Assembly (NCBI GenBank): GCA_965214405.1
Contig: OZ243956.1
Location: 3,840,001 to 3,904,000 of the forward strand
Direction: 5' to 3'
Origin: Trueperaceae bacterium
GTDB taxonomy: Bacteria > Deinococcota > Deinococci > Deinococcales > Trueperaceae
DNA: 64,000 nucleotides
The number at the start of each line of letters is the position of its first letter. Position 1 is the stretch's first letter. The notes under the pieces are model-generated. The model was not told the origin of the DNA and made no database searches. It saw only the letters and a list, made by a program, of their open reading frames with translations. Below are positions 21,114-29,050 of the stretch, in pieces. Made by a program: the position numbers and the translations under genes.

Positions 21114-22286
21114 TCAGAACTGGGAGGTCCAGAAGCTCGCCTTGATGCCCGTTGGAAGAGGTCCGAAAAACTGGGTGCTCGAGCCTCCCAAAACGAGCAC
21201 GGCCTCACCCTTGATTTCGGTTCTGAACGCCTGACGCCCCGCACTCACCAGGCTGCCTTCAAAAGTGTCCCCGAGGGCTTCTCGGGTTTCATCAGGAAGG
21301 ACAAACGAGCCGTCATCTTGCGCGGTGCAGCTAACCGTGAGAGCATTACCGGTTTCATCAACATCAGTCACTTTAATGAGAACTACCGCGTCGGCGTTGC
21401 CGCCCGCGTCCCAGGTGAAGGGGGTGGTTGGGGCGACGGGGTCGGTGCCTGCGGGGGCCGTTAGGGTAAAAGGGGCCACGTTGGGGAGCGGTACGGCTGC
21501 AAAGGCGGGAAACTCAAGTTCGTCGCCGGGAACCGTGGCCGTAAGCTCTGCGGGCGGCGCGCTGAGCGCCGCAACGCTGTAAAAGGTCGCGTTGTCGCCG
21601 TTAATGGTTTCGTCTCTCTTCTCGAGCGTGGCGTAGGTGTTGCTACCCGCCATAAGCGTGATTTGTGCGCCCGCCGAGATGTAAGCGGGGGTTCCCGCCG
21701 GGGTAAAGGGAGGCAAAATATCTGCGTCTCCTTCTTCGGGAGCGGTGAAAGTGACGTCGCAGGTGTCGAGCCTTCCTTCGAAAGGGTTGTTAAAGAACGT
21801 GTCCGGAATCTTCTCGCCCTCGGTAAACTCCAAAAAGATGCCCGACGCAACCACATTGGCTGCGCCGGTGGGGGGGGTCTGCTCATCTAAGTTGACAAAA
21901 CCGACTTGGCTAAGGTCTTCTGACACGTCCTCGACCGTCACCGTTGTTTCTTGCGAAACCGTGCCCTGCGCGTCCGTAGCGTCAAGCGTGTAGGAGGTGG
22001 TCTCGAGGGGCGTCACGACGTAGCTACTGGTCGTCACGCTTACCTCACCTATGTTCTCGCCGACGCTCTGACGCAGCGTGAGGCTGGTCGCGTCCGCGAC
22101 CTCCCACGTTAGCGTGCTCTCGCCGCCTGGGCGGACGGTCGGCGGATTGGCGGTAAAGCTTGTGATGGCTGGCCCACCGTCAGTACCGCCCCCACCACCG
22201 CCGGTTTCCGGTGTGTCCGAGCACGCGCCAAGCAACAAGGCGAGCGGTAAAAAGAGCGCGCAGCTCAGCCTGATTAAACGCTTCAT
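21114..22286 (-). CDS. Acidic lipoprotein, unknown function
   Basis: Lipobox LLGAC, Gly linker, Ig-like beta segment (ITSFTANPPTVRPGGESTLTW); GGAGG SD. Confidence 0.8.
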   Translation of the reverse strand: MKRLIRLSCALFLPLALLLGACSDTPETGGGGGGTDGGPAITSFTANPPTVRPGGESTLTWEVADATSLTLRQSVGENIGEVSVTTSSYVVTPLETTSYTLDATDAQGTVSQETTVTVEDVSEDLSQVGFVNLDEQTPPTGAANVVASGIFLEFTEGEKIPDTFFNNPFEGRLDTCDVTFTAPEEGDADILPPFTPAGTPAYISAGAQITLMAGSNTYATLEKRDETINGDNATFYSVAALSAPPAELTATVPGDELEFPAFAAVPLPNVAPFTLTAPAGTDPVAPTTPFTWDAGGNADAVVLIKVTDVDETGNALTVSCTAQDDGSFVLPDETREALGDTFEGSLVSAGRQAFRTEIKGEAVLVLGGSSTQFFGPLPTGIKASFWTSQF

Positions 22287-22466
22287 GTAGCCTCCCTTAA
22301 TTTTCGACACAGCTTTTTGCATCCGGTTCTCTCCACTTTCAACCTAACCGGGGGGCGTTTGGCGTGTCAAGAAAGGGGGCGAGGAGTGAGAGATTGCACA
22401 GGTTTGGGGGCGCGCCAAGGTGGAAAATCCACGCCCCCGCGCGGGCGGCTTTGCTAGACTCGGCGG

Positions 22467-22832
22467 GTGAGACTTGACGACATCCTCGCTTCGCTTGTAC
22501 ACGATGTGGACGGCGCGCTGTCGGCGGCGGTCGGAGGCATGGACGGCCTTCTCATCGAGCAATACCCGGAAAATGGGGACTTGCCTATGGACCTATCCAT
22601 GACCGTGGCCGAGCAGACCAACCTGGTTGCGACCAGCCGCCTGGTGTCGGCCACGCTTTCCGGCGGCGGCGTCGAAGAGCTGGTCTTATTTACTCAGCAT
22701 CTTATTTCCTACACGCGCCTGTTGGAGGGTGACCTTTTTTTCCTCGTCATCATGGCTCCGAGCGGCAACGTCGGCAAGGCGCGGCTCTATAGCGAAAGGG
22801 CGGCGGAGAGGGTGCTCGAGGTGTTCGCGTGA
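22467..22832 (+). CDS. Roadblock/LC7 domain protein (MglB-like)
   Basis: VDGALSAAVGGMDGLLIE and SGNVGKARL motifs; TAGACT 6 nt before GTG. Confidence 0.85.
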   Translation: MRLDDILASLVHDVDGALSAAVGGMDGLLIEQYPENGDLPMDLSMTVAEQTNLVATSRLVSATLSGGGVEELVLFTQHLISYTRLLEGDLFFLVIMAPSGNVGKARLYSERAAERVLEVFA

Positions 22833-22878
22833 CCTTCTGCACGCTTGCGCCCGACGTTTACCGCGTGACGGGAGTTTT

Positions 22879-23301
22879 GTGACGCAAGACGTGCTCGAGC
22901 GAATCCTGGCGATTCGCGGCGTTACGCGCGCCGCGCTTGTAGACGGCGTGGGGGAAACCCTCAGGGTTGCGCCGCAGGGTGAGGGCGAGGGCTTAGCCGG
23001 AGGTCTCGTTATCAGTTCGCTCGCCACGAGCCGCGTGCTGGCCGATCTTCTGGGCGAGGGCACCCTCTGCCAGACGATGATCGACTTTGAGGACGGCCCC
23101 GTGCTCCTCGCGCCCCTGCTTCCAGCGAACGCCACAATGAAAGCCGCAGACAACGCGCAACTTGGTACTGATGTTGAACCGGCGGACACCGGTACGCACG
23201 TGGCTGTTCTCACGCTCGAGGCGGCAAGCGCCCTGGGACGCGTCCGGCTGGGACTGCGCAAGCTTCTGCCCGAACTTGCGGAGGCGCTTCGGGCCTCCTG
23301 A
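22879..23301 (+). CDS. Second Roadblock/LC7-like protein
   Basis: IRGVTRAALVDGVG...QTMIDFEDGPVLL...ALGRVRLGLRK; GGAG before GTG 22879. Confidence 0.7.
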   Translation: MTQDVLERILAIRGVTRAALVDGVGETLRVAPQGEGEGLAGGLVISSLATSRVLADLLGEGTLCQTMIDFEDGPVLLAPLLPANATMKAADNAQLGTDVEPADTGTHVAVLTLEAASALGRVRLGLRKLLPELAEALRAS

Positions 23302-23454
23302 CAAACACTCCTGCTTGTTCGGGTAAACGGTAGTTCCCAGAGATACCGCGCTTATTCAGCGCATATATCACCGTAACACCGTCTTGGACGCTAAATCATA
23401 GACTAAATCCTTTCTAAACCAGGGTGTTGCCCGCTCCTGCTGTAGAATAGGCGT

Positions 23455-23733
23455 GTGAAAGAATTCAAGCTCGAGGTCGACAAAGAAACCGCCCGCGGTC
23501 GCTACGCCAACGTGGCCGTGATTGCCCACACCAAAGATGAATTCATCATGGATTTTGCGCTCGCTTATCCCGGTCAAAGTCCCGCCGTCAATGCCCGCGT
23601 GATTACCAGCCCGCAGCACGCCAAAGCTTTCTTGCGCAGTTTAGAGGACAACATCCGCAAGTACGAAGCGCGCTTCGGCGCGCTGCCCGAGCCCGCCGCC
23701 GCGCATCCCAACGAGCCCAAAGAGCAAAACTAG
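23455..23733 (+). CDS. DUF3467 domain protein
   Basis: GRYANVAVIAHTKDEFIMDF...ARVITSPQHAKAFLRSLEDNIRKYEARFG. Confidence 0.9.
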   Translation: MKEFKLEVDKETARGRYANVAVIAHTKDEFIMDFALAYPGQSPAVNARVITSPQHAKAFLRSLEDNIRKYEARFGALPEPAAAHPNEPKEQN

Positions 23734-23849
23734 GGTCTGTCTGACTGATTGGGTCTAAATGCCTTACTGCGCGTACAGATCACCCTTTTAGGCTGCACAC
23801 CCTTTGGGTCCGTCAGGAACACTAAATTTAGCTTTAGTCAGACAAACTC
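23733..23849. mobile_element. MITE (117 bp) with IS5-type terminal inverted repeats
   Basis: Left end GGGTCTGTCTGACT equals the IS end at 19065; right end AGTCAGACAAACTC is a 12/14 inverted match; flanked by CTA...TAG. Confidence 0.85.
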
Positions 23850-23926
23850 TAGGTCGTGCGGGCGTTTGCTGCTACTGAACATACTCAATCCCGTAAGGGG
23901 GGAGACAGTCACCGCTACTTTGCAAC

Positions 23927-23976
23927 CTCCTCGCTTCTTGACTTTTTGCTTCTTGATTTTTACTCCCTGCTTCTCT
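23927..23976. repeat. Degenerate heptamer tandem repeat
   Basis: CTCCTCG CTTCTTG A CTTTTTG CTTCTTG ATTTTTA CTCCCTG CTTCTCT. Confidence 0.5.
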
Positions 23977-24079
23977 CATCCAGCACCGCGGAGCCCGGCC
24001 CTGCTAAGTTGAAATGTCAACAGCCCCTCCTGTCTCTCGGATTACCTGACGCAAGAACCTCTCAGGATGTAATGGGGCC

Positions 24080-24703
24080 ATGTCCGAAACGGTCGTCGTT
24101 TATTTTGATTATTTGTGCCCTTTCGCCTGGCGCGGCGCGGAGGTCGCGGAACTCGTCGCGGGGCCGCTGGGCGTCACCTTCGAGTGGCGACATTTTTCGC
24201 TCTACCAGAACAACTATCACAGCCACAATAGCAACGGCTGGCAGCTCTGGAACGACCGCCTGAGCCCCGACGACGAGGCGGGCGGCAAGGGCCTCCTGCC
24301 TTTTTTGGCGTCTTGCGCCGCGCGTAAACAAGGCGCCGAAAAGCACGACCAGTTTCGGCTCGAGCTGATGCGCGCGCGTTACAAGCGTCACCAGCCCTAC
24401 ACTTTAGCGACGATTCGTGAGGTGGCTAAGGGAGCCTGCTTGCACCTGCCGACCTTTGAAAGCGACCTCTGGGACCCCGAGTGCCGCACGAGACTCGCGC
24501 ACGAACACTACCGCGCGGCGGCCTTGGACGTGTTCGGCACCCCGACCTTTGGGTTCGAAAACGGTCATCTCGCGTATTTTAGGATTAACGACCTGCCCGG
24601 CAGTAAACAGGAGGCGGTCGAGCTTTTTGCGGATTATCGGCGCTTGCTCGAGTGCTACCCCTATTTAGAAACGGTCAAGCGCCCGCGCCCCAAGGGTAAC
24701 TGA
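24080..24703 (+). CDS. DsbA/FrnE-like thioredoxin-fold protein
   Basis: YFDYLCPFAW (single Cys) and VFGTPTF cis-Pro loop. Confidence 0.8.
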   Translation: MSETVVVYFDYLCPFAWRGAEVAELVAGPLGVTFEWRHFSLYQNNYHSHNSNGWQLWNDRLSPDDEAGGKGLLPFLASCAARKQGAEKHDQFRLELMRARYKRHQPYTLATIREVAKGACLHLPTFESDLWDPECRTRLAHEHYRAAALDVFGTPTFGFENGHLAYFRINDLPGSKQEAVELFADYRRLLECYPYLETVKRPRPKGN

Positions 24704-24784
24704 CTCGAGGCTTTCTGCGCCACATATTCTGTTTCCTAAAGAAGGTCTATCCCGGACAGACCACTCCTCAACGTTTGGCTGTGA

Positions 24785-24850
24785 GAGTACCGAGGACCTG
24801 GTACCGAGTTGAAAAGCTTCTCAGGCCTCGGCACTCTGTACTCGGTCCTC
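24785..24850. repeat. Imperfect hairpin built from heptamer units
   Basis: TACCGAG GACCTGG TACCGAG ... CTCGGCA CTCTGTA CTCGGTC. Confidence 0.6.
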
Positions 24851-24917
24851 TTTTCTGATGCTACTCACTGTAAAATTTGTCTTTATAGCCCCCCACGCTT
24901 CGCGGTAAACTGAGTGC

Positions 24918-25682
24918 GTGCGTCTAGGACCCAACGTCGGGCACGGCTCGGATGTGGGCCGGGTCAGGCCCCTCAACGAAGACTATCACCGCGTCTGGCA
25001 GTTTCCCGTCCCGGACGGGACGCTGACGTTGCTGGCGGTGGCCGACGGGATGGGCGGGGCCGCCGCGGGCGAGGTGGCGAGTCGGCTCGCGGTGCAGGTG
25101 CTGAGCGAGTCGTTTAGCCGCTACGTCGAGGTGTTTAACGACGGGCAACCGCTGGTCGGTATCGACAAACTCACCGAAAAGGCGCTGCGGCTTGCGAACC
25201 GTCGCGTTTACGCCGCCGCGATTGCGAGCGTGGGGCGGCGCGGCATGGGCACCACGCTCACCACCGTGGCAATTTTACGTAACAAGGCTTATTTGGGACA
25301 CGTGGGCGACTCGAGGGCCTACTTGGTACGAGGCAACCGCATCTATCAACTTACCAAGGACCATTCGTGGGTCGAGGAGCAGCTCGAGCGCGGGCTCCTA
25401 AGCGAGGAGCAGGCCAAGGGCCACGAGTGGCGCAACCTCATCACGCGGGCGCTCGGCACCCGCCCGCAGATCGCCCCCGACATCGTCGAGTTGGAGGTGC
25501 AGGGCGGCGACGTGTTTGTCATCGCAACCGACGGCCTGCACGGTCTGGTCTCGCCCGAAGAGATTCTCACCGAGGTCAAAAGGACCGCCAACCGCCAGGC
25601 GTCGGTCGAGTACCTTATCGCGCTCGCCAACGAGCGCGGCGGCCCCGACAACATCACCTTGGTGGTCGGAGAAGTGCTGTAG
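24918..25682 (+). CDS. PP2C-type Ser/Thr phosphatase (Stp1/PrpC family)
   Basis: GRVRPLNED, VADGMGG, GMGTT, HVGDSRAY, ATDGL, GGPDNIT. Confidence 0.95.
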   Translation: MRLGPNVGHGSDVGRVRPLNEDYHRVWQFPVPDGTLTLLAVADGMGGAAAGEVASRLAVQVLSESFSRYVEVFNDGQPLVGIDKLTEKALRLANRRVYAAAIASVGRRGMGTTLTTVAILRNKAYLGHVGDSRAYLVRGNRIYQLTKDHSWVEEQLERGLLSEEQAKGHEWRNLITRALGTRPQIAPDIVELEVQGGDVFVIATDGLHGLVSPEEILTEVKRTANRQASVEYLIALANERGGPDNITLVVGEVL

Positions 25683-27718
25683 TGCTCGCCCTGCTGCTGG
25701 GTCTCGCGCTCCTGGCGGCGGCGGGTCTGAGCCTGCTACCGGGCTGGTTTAACGTGCTCCTGCTCGGCTCGTCGCTATCTTTTGCGGCGAGCCTGTTGGC
25801 GTTCGGGGAGCCCGGACGCGTGGTGGCCCCCGCGCTCCTCCTGGCGGTGGCTTTGGGGTTCTTGGTCCGCGGGAACGCCTATGTCAAGCGCCCCCCCAAG
25901 GTCGCGCCCCGCAAGCGCCGCAAAGAAGCCCCGGCGGGACCCTCCGGGGGGCTCGAGGGCGTCGAGGTGCCGGGGTATGACCTGCTCGAGAAAGTGGGCT
26001 CGGGCGGCATGGCGAGCGTGTACCGCGCCAAACGCCGGAGCGACGGCGGCACGGTCGCGCTCAAAATCCCGATGGAGCAGTACGTCGCCGACGCCAAGTT
26101 TATCCGCCGCTTTCACCGCGAGGCCGAGGTCGCGGGGCGGCTCGACCACATCAACATCGTCCGCACCTTCGAGCACGGCTCCGTCGGGGTGCGGCACTAC
26201 ATGGTGATGGAGTTCGTGGACGGGCGGAGCTTAGAAAGCTACGTCGAGTCGGGCGAGCTAGATACAGGCCTAAGCGTCGAGGTGATGCAGCTCGTGGTGA
26301 GGGCCTTGCAGCACATTCATTCGGCGGGCATCATCCACCGCGACATCAAACCCGCCAACATCATGATTTTGCGCGGAGGCTTGAGCGAAGACGGGCGCTT
26401 AAAGCCCGACGCGGTCAAGCTGATGGACTTCGGCATCGCGGGCGGCAAAATCTTGACGCGCCTCACCATGACGGGCGCGCGCGTGGGCACGCCCGTTTAT
26501 ATGTCGCCCGAGCAGGCTCGAGGGCTCAAGATCGACCACCGCAGCGACATCTACAGCTTGGGACTGGTTTTTTACGAGATGCTCACCGGCCAAACCGCCT
26601 TTAAGGGCGGCTACGAGGCCATCGTCCACCAACAAATTTTCCAGACCCCGCCCCCGCCGCGGCAGCTCAACTTGGAAGTGCCCAAAGCCCTCGACGCGCT
26701 CGTGATGCGGATGATTGCCAAGGAGGCCGACGAGAGGCCGCCGCTAGAAGAGATTTACGACCTTTTGGCAGGCAACTTCGACGACAACTTTGACGACCCG
26801 AACAACGCGCTGCCGAGTCGCCTTTTGCTCACCGTGAGCGCGCGCCAGGGCCTCCTGCGCGAGCTCGACACGGCGGGCAATCTGCACCGCTCAATGGGCG
26901 ACATCGGCGTGGGGGAGGGCTGCTTTTCCGCGCCGCCCCTGTCGGTCGCGCTCGACCCCGAGGGCAACCTTTACGCGGCGGTATTCGAGTACCGGGTGGG
27001 GGAGGGCGCGCACGACATGCTTTTTAAGCTCTCGCCGGACGGGCGTCAGCTCTTTTCGTTCGGCCCTTACGGGATGAAACCGGGCGAATGTCTCTACCCG
27101 GTGTCGCTGAGCGTCGCGCCCGACGGGACGCTGTTGGTGCTCGATTCCGAAACGCACCTCGTCCAGCGCTTCGACGCGCAGGGGCGTTACCTGAATTCGT
27201 TCGGCGGGCGCGGCGAGGGCAAGGGGATGTTTAACGACCCCCGCACCGTGACCGCGGCCCCGGACGGGTCAATTTACGTGCTCGACTACGGCAACCGTCA
27301 GGTGCAACGGTTTAATGCGAGCGGCGCTTACGAACTGCGCTGGGCCTTTCGCCTGGGGGCCGAAACGGAAGGGATGCGCCTTTTAGACGGCGTCGCGGCG
27401 GACGCGTCAGGCAACCTCTACATCAGCGACGCCACGGGGGGCAAAATTCGTAAAGTAGGCCCCAAGGGCAAGGTCGAGCTTTCGTACCTCTTAGAGCCCC
27501 TCCACGGCGAAGCAACCGACAGCCTGCTCGACTTGGGCGTAGACCACGAGGGCTACCTCTACGCCGCGCGCCGCGGCGGTCATCTGGTCCGCAAGTACAA
27601 CCCCGCGGGCGAACTCGTCACGACGGTAGAGACCTACGCGCCTGTGGTGGGGATGGTCGTGAATGTTCGGGCGGGCAGGGCGGCACCCTTTGAGTTGGAA
27701 GGTTTGCTGCTCGAGTAA
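25682..27718 (+). CDS. Hanks-type Ser/Thr kinase with N-terminal TM helices and C-terminal NHL repeats
   Basis: GSGGMASV, VALK, HRDIKPAN, DFG, GTPVYMSPE; NHL-like repeats (FNDPRTVTAAPDGSIYVLDYGNRQVQRF); GTG overlaps the phosphatase stop. Confidence 0.92.
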   Translation: MLALLLGLALLAAAGLSLLPGWFNVLLLGSSLSFAASLLAFGEPGRVVAPALLLAVALGFLVRGNAYVKRPPKVAPRKRRKEAPAGPSGGLEGVEVPGYDLLEKVGSGGMASVYRAKRRSDGGTVALKIPMEQYVADAKFIRRFHREAEVAGRLDHINIVRTFEHGSVGVRHYMVMEFVDGRSLESYVESGELDTGLSVEVMQLVVRALQHIHSAGIIHRDIKPANIMILRGGLSEDGRLKPDAVKLMDFGIAGGKILTRLTMTGARVGTPVYMSPEQARGLKIDHRSDIYSLGLVFYEMLTGQTAFKGGYEAIVHQQIFQTPPPPRQLNLEVPKALDALVMRMIAKEADERPPLEEIYDLLAGNFDDNFDDPNNALPSRLLLTVSARQGLLRELDTAGNLHRSMGDIGVGEGCFSAPPLSVALDPEGNLYAAVFEYRVGEGAHDMLFKLSPDGRQLFSFGPYGMKPGECLYPVSLSVAPDGTLLVLDSETHLVQRFDAQGRYLNSFGGRGEGKGMFNDPRTVTAAPDGSIYVLDYGNRQVQRFNASGAYELRWAFRLGAETEGMRLLDGVAADASGNLYISDATGGKIRKVGPKGKVELSYLLEPLHGEATDSLLDLGVDHEGYLYAARRGGHLVRKYNPAGELVTTVETYAPVVGMVVNVRAGRAAPFELEGLLLE

Positions 27719-27722
27719 ATCT

Positions 27723-28403
27723 TTACCTCAACAAAAGCTGCATCAGCAGAGCCGTCACGCTATCGATGAGTGCGAACACCTGTCGGTTGAACAGCAGCAA
27801 AATCCCGATCACGATGAAAAAGCCGTAGCGCTCTAAGCCCCACAGCGCACGCTGCCACGACGCGGGCGCGAACGCCTGCACCACCTTGGAGCCGTCCAGG
27901 GGCGGGATGGGCAGGAGATTAAAGACCACCAAAATGAGGTTGATGCGCGCCGCGATGAGTAAGCCCGAAAGCAGTCCGTCCAACGTCCCCCCAGCGAGCG
28001 CCTCCGCCTGTGAACCGGGGAGGATGGTGAGCCCGCCCGCGTCCCCCACCCGGACGCCGAGCGCCGCCAGCGCGAGGAGCGAGGCGACCGCGAACAAAAA
28101 ATTGACCACAACCCCCGCGACGGCCACCGCAAACATCCCCCAGCGATAGTTAGAAAAGTTGCCGGGCCGGATGGGCACGGGTTTGGCCCAGCCAAAGCCC
28201 GCCACAAGCAAGAGCAGCGTGCCGATGGGATCTAGGTGCTTCAAGGGATTGAGCGTGACGCGCCCCAGATTGCGCGCGGTTTTGTCGCCGAAGCGGTCGG
28301 CCATCCAGGCGTGACCGAGCTCGTGAAAGGCGAGGGAGAACACAAGCACCGCGGCGATGACGAAAAAAACGCCAGGTGATGTGCGGAGTAAGTCGAGGAG
28401 CAC
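27723..28403 (-). CDS. Site-2 protease (M50) family protein
   Basis: HELGH zinc motif, [27 protein letters not shown]. Confidence 0.93.
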   Translation of the reverse strand: MLLDLLRTSPGVFFVIAAVLVFSLAFHELGHAWMADRFGDKTARNLGRVTLNPLKHLDPIGTLLLLVAGFGWAKPVPIRPGNFSNYRWGMFAVAVAGVVVNFLFAVASLLALAALGVRVGDAGGLTILPGSQAEALAGGTLDGLLSGLLIAARINLILVVFNLLPIPPLDGSKVVQAFAPASWQRALWGLERYGFFIVIGILLLFNRQVFALIDSVTALLMQLLLR

Positions 28404-29047
28404 TACAGACCGGGAATAAGGCGTAAGAGGTTGAAAATCACATTTAAGAAAAAGCCCACAAGCGCCCCGAGAATACCTGTATAGCTGAGCACCAAAAAAA
28501 TCACAATAAACCCGATAAAGCCGTACGAGGCAATCTGCTGCACCACCCGCCGCACGTCCGCGTTGCCCCAGGCGAGCGCCGCCTTGGCCCCGTCGAGCGG
28601 GAACACGGGAAAAAGGTTGATGACCGCGTGTACGACGGCAAACTGTCCCGCCCTCACAAAGGCTCCAAATAGCTGAGGATTACCCAGCCTGCTAAAAATG
28701 AGACCCACAAGCACGCTCACAAAAGCGACGATGAGATAAGCCAGCGGCCCGCTGTACCACACGAACGCCTCTTGCCGCCCCCGGCCCCGGTAGTTGCGCG
28801 AGTTGGCGGGGATGGGTTTGGGCCAGCCGAAGCCAAGCAAAAAGAGAAAAAGCACGCCGATGGGCTCGAGCTGCCGCTGCGGGTCGAAACTCATAAACCC
28901 CGAAAAACGGGGCGTGTTGTCGCCATAACGCGAGGCGACCCAAGACTGAAAGATGTTGTGAAAGATGAGCGCGATAATCATCACCACGGCGCTGATAATG
29001 AGCACGTTGGCGTCGAAGGCGCGGTTTTGAAGGTAGTCAAGAATCAA
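28403..29047 (-). CDS. M50-like paralogue lacking HExxH
   Basis: Same scaffold (YGDNTPR, FGWPKPIP, NLFPVFPLDG) but HNIFQ at the zinc motif. Confidence 0.85.
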   Translation of the reverse strand: MILDYLQNRAFDANVLIISAVVMIIALIFHNIFQSWVASRYGDNTPRFSGFMSFDPQRQLEPIGVLFLFLLGFGWPKPIPANSRNYRGRGRQEAFVWYSGPLAYLIVAFVSVLVGLIFSRLGNPQLFGAFVRAGQFAVVHAVINLFPVFPLDGAKAALAWGNADVRRVVQQIASYGFIGFIVIFLVLSYTGILGALVGFFLNVIFNLLRLIPGL

Positions 29048-29050
29048 GGT

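Noticed and set aside
23749..24012. 87-aa ORF between the DUF3467 and DsbA-like genes
   Set aside because: It starts inside the MITE and runs through a heptamer repeat; no initiation signal.
25367..25681. 105-aa N-terminal extension of the kinase ORF
   Set aside because: It overlaps the PP2C gene out of frame and is low-complexity; GTG 25682, coupled to the PP2C stop, is the better start.
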